Source: Octopus vulgaris (taxonomy: Eukaryota). From it: 64,000 bases of DNA. How positions within the stretch are numbered: the first letter of the stretch is position 1; the number at the start of each line of letters is the position of its first letter. The stretch spans positions 34,534,001 through 34,598,000 of the forward strand of contig OX597836.1 in the NCBI GenBank assembly GCA_951406725.2. Reading direction: 5' to 3'. Of the stretch, positions 54,905 to 64,000 are shown one piece after another. A model generated the notes under the pieces. That model saw nothing but the letters and a program-made list of their open reading frames with translations. It had not been told where the DNA came from and searched no databases. Both the position numbers and the translations under genes were made by a program.

Positions 54905-55505
54905 GCGCAGAATTTGTGAACAAAATGGTGAAAACGTATGGCCTATTTCCAGTCAATGTACGCCACTAGCCCAGAAGGAATATTAGAGACGTCATGACAA
55001 TATAGCAAGGCTTGTCCATTGGACACTTTGCAACAATTATGAACTTGACAGAGCAAAAAATTGGTACGACCATAAACCCGAAGGCATCATCGAAAATGAT
55101 AATGTAAAGATCCTATGGGATTTTATGATTCAGTGCAACCACGAGATAGAGAATAGGAAGTCAGACATAGTCTTAATTGAGAAAGAAAGCAAAATAAGGA
55201 AGAAAAAAAAGTCGATACATGACATCTTAGCGTGGGAGGTTAAGCAGTTGTGGGCGAGGAAAAAGGTGGTAGTAGTACCACTAATTGTCGGAGCCCTGGG
55301 AACAGTGAGTAAAAATTTTGAGAAGTACGTGGAACAAATAGGGGCTGCAATAAGGGTGGAGAACTTGCAGAAAACAGCACTGCTTGTAACCGCTCGGATA
55401 CTCCGGAAGGTGCTCGAAAAATAAGGGGTATTACCTTAGTTCACTGGTAGGGAACATCTGACACCGTAGTACACCTCCAGCTTTAGAAGCTGTGCAAAGG
55501 CAATG
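54904..55505 (+). pseudogene. R4/Dong-type (restriction-like endonuclease) LINE 3' fragment within (TAA)n
   Basis: RICEQNGENV...QCTPLAQKEY*RRHDNIARLVHW...ILWDFMIQCNHEIENRKSDIVLI...LQKTALLVTARILRKVL; (AAT)n on both sides. A short tail copy sits at 25897-25950. Confidence 0.85.
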
Positions 55506-55508
55506 ATG

Positions 55509-55581
<73 letters not shown>

Positions 55582-56154
55582 TAATTAAAAGGCTTTGGAG
55601 GGGTGATGCATACCCTGGGCGCAGATAAATTTCATCGCAAATTATAGTTTGGCCTTATAATATGTTGCATACCCTTGTTTTTTTTAATTCAACTGATTTT
55701 TTTTCTTGTATCACCATTATAGGTGTTTATACTCCGGTGTAATTAAGAAATCAACTCGTAAGTAAACGAAGTGTATGTATTTATTTATGTGTGTGTGCAT
55801 GTATGTATTTATATATGTATCCACACGTGCTTACGTGCATAGGTACACCATGATCTATGCACAGTTAGACGAGGGTCGATTCATATGAAAAAGAAAGTGA
55901 ACAAAATAATATGACCACCTGCTGATAGGGAAATTTTTAAGTTCAATTTTTTTTCGTGTTTCTTTTTTTTTTTAATTTTTAAGTTAATCAAACCAAATAT
56001 TCATCATTTTGAGCCACTCACCCAATGAGTATTTCTGCCAAATGTCGTGAAAATCCGTTCAGCTGTTTTCCTGTAATTTTGCAAACACGCAGACAAACAG
56101 ACGAAGACGAGTGATTACAATACCCTGCGTTCGCTTACGCGCGCAGGTCAATAA

Positions 56155-56770
56155 GTGCCCTGATGCAGTATCAGGCACTGGCTCTCATGGCTTCTCATCT
56201 TAACTGATTGGAAGTGTTATCATGTACATGTTTTGTCTTCGTATAAAAAGATGGGCTACAGCAAATATTCTGCTCAATACCACAGATTTGCTTGTCAGTT
56301 GTTTGACCTTAACCAGTTGAGCATGTCCCTTAGTGGCTGATGATATGTGCATCTCTGATCACGAGCAGAAATAGTAGGGAAGCATCATATCCATGTATTG
56401 AAAGGAATTCTTTGGGGTTTGAATAATTGACCTATGGAAACATGGATGTTTCGTTCGACATCCTTAAATAACCCTTATTCAGGGTCCTTTTGAGCGGGAT
56501 GGGTTACTCGACCTGAAGAAAATTCTAATTGGGCCCCACCTGCAAACTCATGCGCTGTTTATCTTGATATGAGATTACCATGTTGCACACATATGGTTGT
56601 GATGCATATGCCTAGTGTACCCTTATAAGACGGGTAGTCATGATGTGTGTACTGAGTTTCATATATTTTACCCCAGTATCACTTTCGTGACATGCACTGC
56701 TCTTTCACTCAATAATAACAACAACAACAACAACAACAACAACAATAATAATAATAATAATAATAATAAT
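56155..56770 (+). mobile_element. Retroelement-like 3' relic ending in (AAT/AAC)n
   Basis: Homologous to 28336-28612 and 29865-29900; terminates in a triplet tail. Confidence 0.55.
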
Positions 56771-57094
56771 CCTTTCTACTATAGTCACAAGGCCTGAAAT
56801 TTTGGTGGAGGGTGTAAGTCGATCTCATCGACTCCAGTACTTCATTGGTATTTAATTTATCGACCTCGAAAGGATGAAAGGTGAAGTCGAGCCCGGTGGA
56901 ATTTGAACTCAGAATGTAAGGACGGACGAAATACTTCTAAGCTACTCGCCTGGCGTACTAACAGATTCTGCCAACTCGCTTAATAAAAGCAGAAGACAGA
57001 ATAATAATCAAAGAGACAGAAGCTGTTTGAGTGGTTGGTATGTAAATTGAAATTTAGTGCACTGAGAACCAAAGGAAAATATTTCCCACTGTTC

Positions 57095-58650
<1,556 letters not shown>

Positions 58651-58825
58651 CATGCCAGTGGTAGTGGCGTCAGCAATTGTACAGTTTCAAGAAAGCTATC
58701 AGAGCCGGCTGGAATTCCAAAAGTTGACAGATTTAGTGTCGTTCCTCAGATCTTCGGCAGATAAGCGCTTGCAAACACGTTACTTTTATCACTGCTACTT
58801 CCATTTACGTACGCGGCCCCACTGA

Positions 58826-59480
58826 ACATACATACATACATACATACATACATACATACATACATACATACATCATACATACATGCATGCATACATACAT
58901 ACATACATACATACATACATACATGCATGCATGCATACATACATACATACATACATACATGCATGCATACATACATACATACATACATACATACATACAT
59001 ACATACATACATACATACATACATACATACATACATACATACATACATGCATGCATACATACATACATACATACATACATACATACATACATACATACAT
59101 ACATACATACATGCATGCATACATACATGCATGCATACATACATACATACATACATACATACATACATACATGCATGCATGCATGCATGCATACATACAT
59201 ACATACATACATACATACATACATACATACATACATACATACATACATACATACATACATACATGCATGCATACATACATACATACATACATGCATGCAT
59301 GCATGCATACATACATACATACATACATACATACATACATACATACATGCATACATACATACATACATACATGCATGCATGCATGCATACATACATACAT
59401 ACATACATACATACATACATACATACATACATGCATGCATGCATACATACATACATACATACATGCATACATACATGCAT
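58826..59480. repeat. (TACA)n array with interspersed TGCA variants
   Basis: Direct inspection. Confidence 0.97.
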
Positions 59481-59748
59481 TCACGCATGCATACGTACAT
59501 AAATACATACATACGTGCATGCATACACACGTACATGCATTCACGTATACATCATGCATACATATATGCATGTATGCATATGTACGTAAATGCAAGCACG
59601 CATCATACATTAATGCGTACATACACATATGCTAAAAAGAAAAGAAAAAATATGTATTTATACACATATACATAGAAACATAAATAAACACGTCAGTATG
59701 TATACACATATATGCGTGTGTATTACAGACATATATTACATATATACA

Positions 59749-59779
<31 letters not shown>

Positions 59780-59992
59780 GTATAGTTAATCCAAACATGA
59801 AAACACAAAGAGAAAACAAAGCAACGCGAGGACGTGGGACAAGTATAGTATTATTGGACGCTCAGGAAAGAGGGAAAGAAGGAGGGGTTAACGTTTCGAG
59901 CGGAGCTCTTCGTCGGAAACAGAGGAAAAGGAAAGATCCAAAGAAAGGAAGACGGAGGAAAAAAATCGCCAACGGTACACACGCGGTCACAT
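59780..59992 (-). mobile_element. Third copy of the CCGACGA hammerhead-like terminal repeat
   Basis: Motif at 59890-59916; homologous to 46410-46620; flanked by TA repeats. Confidence 0.7.
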
Positions 59993-60019
59993 TAATATAT
60001 AATATATATATATATAGAT

Positions 60020-61481
60020 ATACTCAAAATAAGCAAAAAGGATATCCAAAGGTAATGCAGTACGATCGTTTCATGCGACTCCACTTAATTAAACAATGCC
60101 AATTATCACATCAGTTTTAAAATGTAGAGCAATCTCCATCTGCAGATAAACATAGAATTTAGTTAAATTGAAAAGATTGAAAAGATTCATTTTTATACTT
60201 ATTCCATTTACCAACATCGCAAAGAGGGTAAGTAGGTAGACAGACAAACATGTTTCATCAACAGAAACATGGTAGTAATTAATATTTTTTCATGGAGGTA
60301 CTACTGCTCATCATTGATTTTCGTTTGCTACTTAGATTTACTATTGGGAGAGGGGTTTAATACTATACCATCAGGTTTAGTGGAGACGGAGACTCTTTTT
60401 TTTATTGATAGAGGGAGAGACAATTTAAGTGGAAGAGCCATAAATCAAGTTCCCTTTGAAGAACTCAATTTGGTTCAGTTGAATATATTTCAGCTAAAAT
60501 TAGTAGGCCAAAGCTGGTGGGGTAGGGAGAATAGAAACTTCTAATACTTAACTATTTAATAACCATAATCCTAATTGTGATTTGAAATAAATAGGTAAAT
60601 TTTAGATATTTTTTTCAAAGAATTCGAATAATTTTAGTATCTTATACAATATAGGGATGGAGAATATTTCTTATTCTCTCAGTGATCGATTTATTATTGC
60701 TAGGGACGATGAATAATGCATCATCCCTTTATAAACCTCCTTATAATTCAGGGACCTCTCTACTTATGCATCTTAATAAGTAATTCCCTACTAAATTAGT
60801 AACCTCCGCCGAGTCACTGGAACCCATGGGTATATCAAAATTATTTGGGGTATCAGCCCTAGTCCACAATTTTCCCTCAAATTCTATGATAGTTTTCCTA
60901 GCTAGTAAAATAATATCAATTTCTTCCCTAGTTATGAGAGAGAGTTTTTTTTTAGCGAAAATGAGTGATTTATTTAGGAGAATAGGGGATATACTAAAAT
61001 AATAACTATTAATATCAAATTGGATGAAAGAATATCTGTCATTCGTATTTAAAGATTTAAACCAATGGATTACCTCGTCTGTGTTAATCCATAGTTTTAA
61101 AGAAAGGTTAGGGATTATATGGGGCAGAATATTGTCCAGAATAGATTTACTAAGCCGGCCAATATCCGACTTAGTTGGGCATATAAGTCTTACAGAAGGC
61201 TCTTCACAGAAATTTTTCTTGTGGTCTTTCAGATTAATTTTAGGTTCACACGGTGTTAATGGTTCTGTCCGGTCCACTAAGTCGTATTTCATCATAATCT
61301 ATTTTATTTCTAAATTTATATCCTGTAGGTTCTTCTTTATAGTTCTTTTATATTTCAAGTTAAGTTCTTTTCTAATAAGTTTACTGTAAAAAGTATAATC
61401 GAGTCTATATAGGCTTCCAATTGTATCAGCCGGGACTAGGATGCCTTGTTTGTTTTGTAATGGTTTAATGCTCCGACACAT
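60020..61481 (-). pseudogene. Penelope-like retroelement, RT fragment and 3' terminal region
   Basis: ILVPAD, INLKDHKKNF...RLICPTKSDIGRLSK, FIQFDINSYYFSIS, FDIPMGSSDSAEVTNLVG, then *GGL*RDD with two TAA stops. Confidence 0.85.
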
Positions 61482-61717
61482 CTAGCATCGATCCCACTTG
61501 GGTGTGACACTAATCAACTGGTTCGACAGCATCCGGTGATGCAGATGTATCTCGTCGGGTGATAAATAAATACATCTCGTTGAAGTGACTGTTCCCCAAT
61601 GTAACTTTCCGTTTTGTAGAGAGAAAAGCAACCAGACAGAGGGAATGTCTTCATTTATATAGAAAATCAAAAATAAAATCACAGATGGCAAAAGGAAGAG
61701 ACGAACGCGCAGTCCAG

Positions 61718-61779
<62 letters not shown>

Positions 61780-62029
61780 TTTGAGGGAATATTATTCCTA
61801 ACTTACAGGGAAAAATTCAATTTAGAAATACTAAATCAAATTTCACAAAATATAATATATAAATAAAAATTAGAAAAAACACCTTTTATCAATTCAAAAT
61901 GAACAATTAAATTACACCATCTAGAAAATTACAAAAAATATAAATATTAAAAATAAAATAACAATAATATACCGATGATTAAGTAAATTGCAAAATAATA
62001 ATAAAAACGTATATATATATATATATATT

Positions 62030-62061
<32 letters not shown>

Positions 62062-62831
62062 GATAGACACATTCTTACTTACATATATACATATATATTT
62101 TTAAATGCCTATGAGCATTTCTTCAAACTGAGTTTCAAAAATAATACACACACATGCACAAACAAACACTCACACGCACACGCAAACACTCACACGCACT
62201 CATGTATATGTCTGAGTCAAGCAAATTGTACTCAAACGGAACAGGCTAAAACAGAAGACTGCAGCTCAACCTGCGTTGCTGTAGGATCGAGGAAACGAAA
62301 GCATGTTGTGAAACAAATTTCTTAACCTAGCAGTTGTGCCGGGATTAGGTAATAAAAATATTATTTTTACATTATTATCGTATGCATGTCAGACAGAATA
62401 ATATGTGGGAGTTATTTCTGTTGCAGACAGAATCTATTTTCTATGATAATTTATTATTATTTAACACACAACTAATTTACTTGCCTATCAGTCAAAAATG
62501 TTAAGATGTATTTTGAGTGTTATATGAAGTAGCTTTGAACATATTTTGAATATCAACCTTCGTATTTATGTATCTCACTAGAAAACGTCTGATGTATAAA
62601 GATTTAAGGAAGTAGCAGCCTCTACAGGGTTATTAGACCTTTCAGAAATAGCTACCAATTCTCTCTCAACTTATATTCCACCATCAAAAAACAACACAAC
62701 GTGGGTCTCCTCCATGCTTACTGATGTGTTCAACACAGCAATCCTTTCTACTGCAGTCACAGTAAATCTTCCTCAAGTCGCAACCTATCGCCTTTTTAAA
62801 AATAGAAAGAGCACAATTCTTCCCAAGAATA

Positions 62832-63970
62832 GGCGCAGGAGTGGCTGTGTGTTAAGTTGCTTGCTTACCAACCACATGGTTCCGGGTTCAGTCCCACAGC
62901 GTGGCACATTGGGCAGGTGTCTTCTACTATAGTCTGGGGCCGACCAAAGCCTTGTGAGTGGATTTGGTAGACGGAAACTGAAAGAAGCCCGTCGTATATA
63001 TATATATGTGTATATGTATGTGTGTGTATATGTTTGTGTGTCTGTGTTTGTCCCCCAACATCGCTTGATAACCGATGCTGGTGTGTTCACATCCCCGTAA
63101 CTTAGCGATTCGGCAAAAGAGCCCGATAGAATAAGTACTAGGCTTACAAAGAATAAGTTCTGGGGTCGATTTGCTCGATCGACTAAAGGCGGTGCTCCAG
63201 CATGGCCACAGTCAAATGATTTCGAGCCGGGTCGTCTGCTGCTGGAGAGGACCGATCAGGTAAAGGACCTGGGTATCTTGGTGGATTCCTCCTTTTCGCC
63301 TTCGGCCCAGTGCGTCCATGCTGCCAACAAAGCACGCGGAATTCTGTTCTTGATTCGACGGTCATTCGGAATGCTCACAGCAGCCATATTCCTACCACTC
63401 TATGTCACGCTGGTGAGACCCATATTGGAATACGGGATTCAAGCCTCTTCTCCTTATCTCCTCAAAGACATACAGTATCTCGAAAGAGTGCAGAAGCTGG
63501 CTACCCGCATGGTTCATGGTCTCAAAAATTTGTCCTATGAAGAAAGGCTGAGGACGCTCGACCTTTATTCTCTAGAAAAACGCCGCCGCCGTGGTGATCT
63601 CATTCTCGCCCACAGCATCATACGCGGAAAGTGTAACCTCTTGAAAGAGCTGTTCTTCACTCCTGCTCCAGAGCGTCGGCTGCGGGGTCATTCCGAAAAG
63701 CTCGACCTGCGACGATTTCATCTCAATCGAAGGAGAAGAGCTTTCTCCGTCCGGGTTGCGGATCCGTGGAACAAGCTGCCAGACGAGATGGTGAAGATGC
63801 CGACGACCGCTTTGTTGAAAGCCTCCCTTGACCTCAAGTGGCCTGAACTCTTTACATGAACACCACTCTGTACTTAACTCCATGTCCCCCTACATGGCCT
63901 TGCTATTTGCTTTTGAGCCAAATTAACTAACTAACTAACTAACTGAAACAAGTAAAAGAGTAAAAAAGAG
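62832..63970 (+). mobile_element. SINE family A (62832-63219 and 63943-63970) interrupted by a CR1 LINE
   Basis: Consensus gtcaaatga|ctgaaacaagtaaaagag is split at 63219/63943. Confidence 0.9.
63220..63942 (+). mobile_element. 5'-truncated CR1-clade LINE with open C-terminal ORF2 (63278..63859) and (AACT)n tail
   Basis: KDLGILVDS...KARGILFLIRRSF...LYVTLVRPILEYG...LERVQKLATRMV.GLKNLSYEERLRTLDLYSLEKRRRRGDLI. Confidence 0.93.
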
Positions 63971-64000
63971 TAAGATACCAAGAAAACGAAGAGGAAAACT

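Noticed and set aside
55870-56153. Helentron/DINE-like element
   Set aside because: A 3' hairpin and ACAG repeats are suggestive, but the 5' end and subterminal repeats could not be defined.
60720-60745. Selenocysteine read-through in the PLE RT
   Set aside because: Both in-frame stops are TAA, and one replaces the Tyr of YRDD.

Overview
Eukaryotic, AT-rich, microsatellite-saturated non-genic (intronic or intergenic) DNA. The SINE repertoire and repeat density suggest an octopus/cephalopod genome (inference). No host exon could be supported, and nearly all ORFs in the track are translations of simple repeats or SINEs. The window is a nested transposon landscape with four tRNA-derived SINE families, LINE relics (Penelope-like, RTE, CR1, R4/Dong), Tc1/mariner and GG-ended MITEs, two non-autonomous Helitrons and several long palindromes. 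Most notable: (1) a 2.25-kb ORF1-only (HAL1-like) L1/Tx1-type retroelement with a perfect 17-bp target-site duplication (TSD) inside a SINE head, carrying an extra C-terminal domain in the -1 frame; (2) Meta-domain-like SINEs that recur as one head + (184-bp body)n multimers, always with the same self-complementary junction; (3) about ten short elements sitting in (TA)n tracts that carry hammerhead-ribozyme-shaped motifs, including a recurrent CCGACGA core variant. Coordinates were read by eye and may be off by a few bases.
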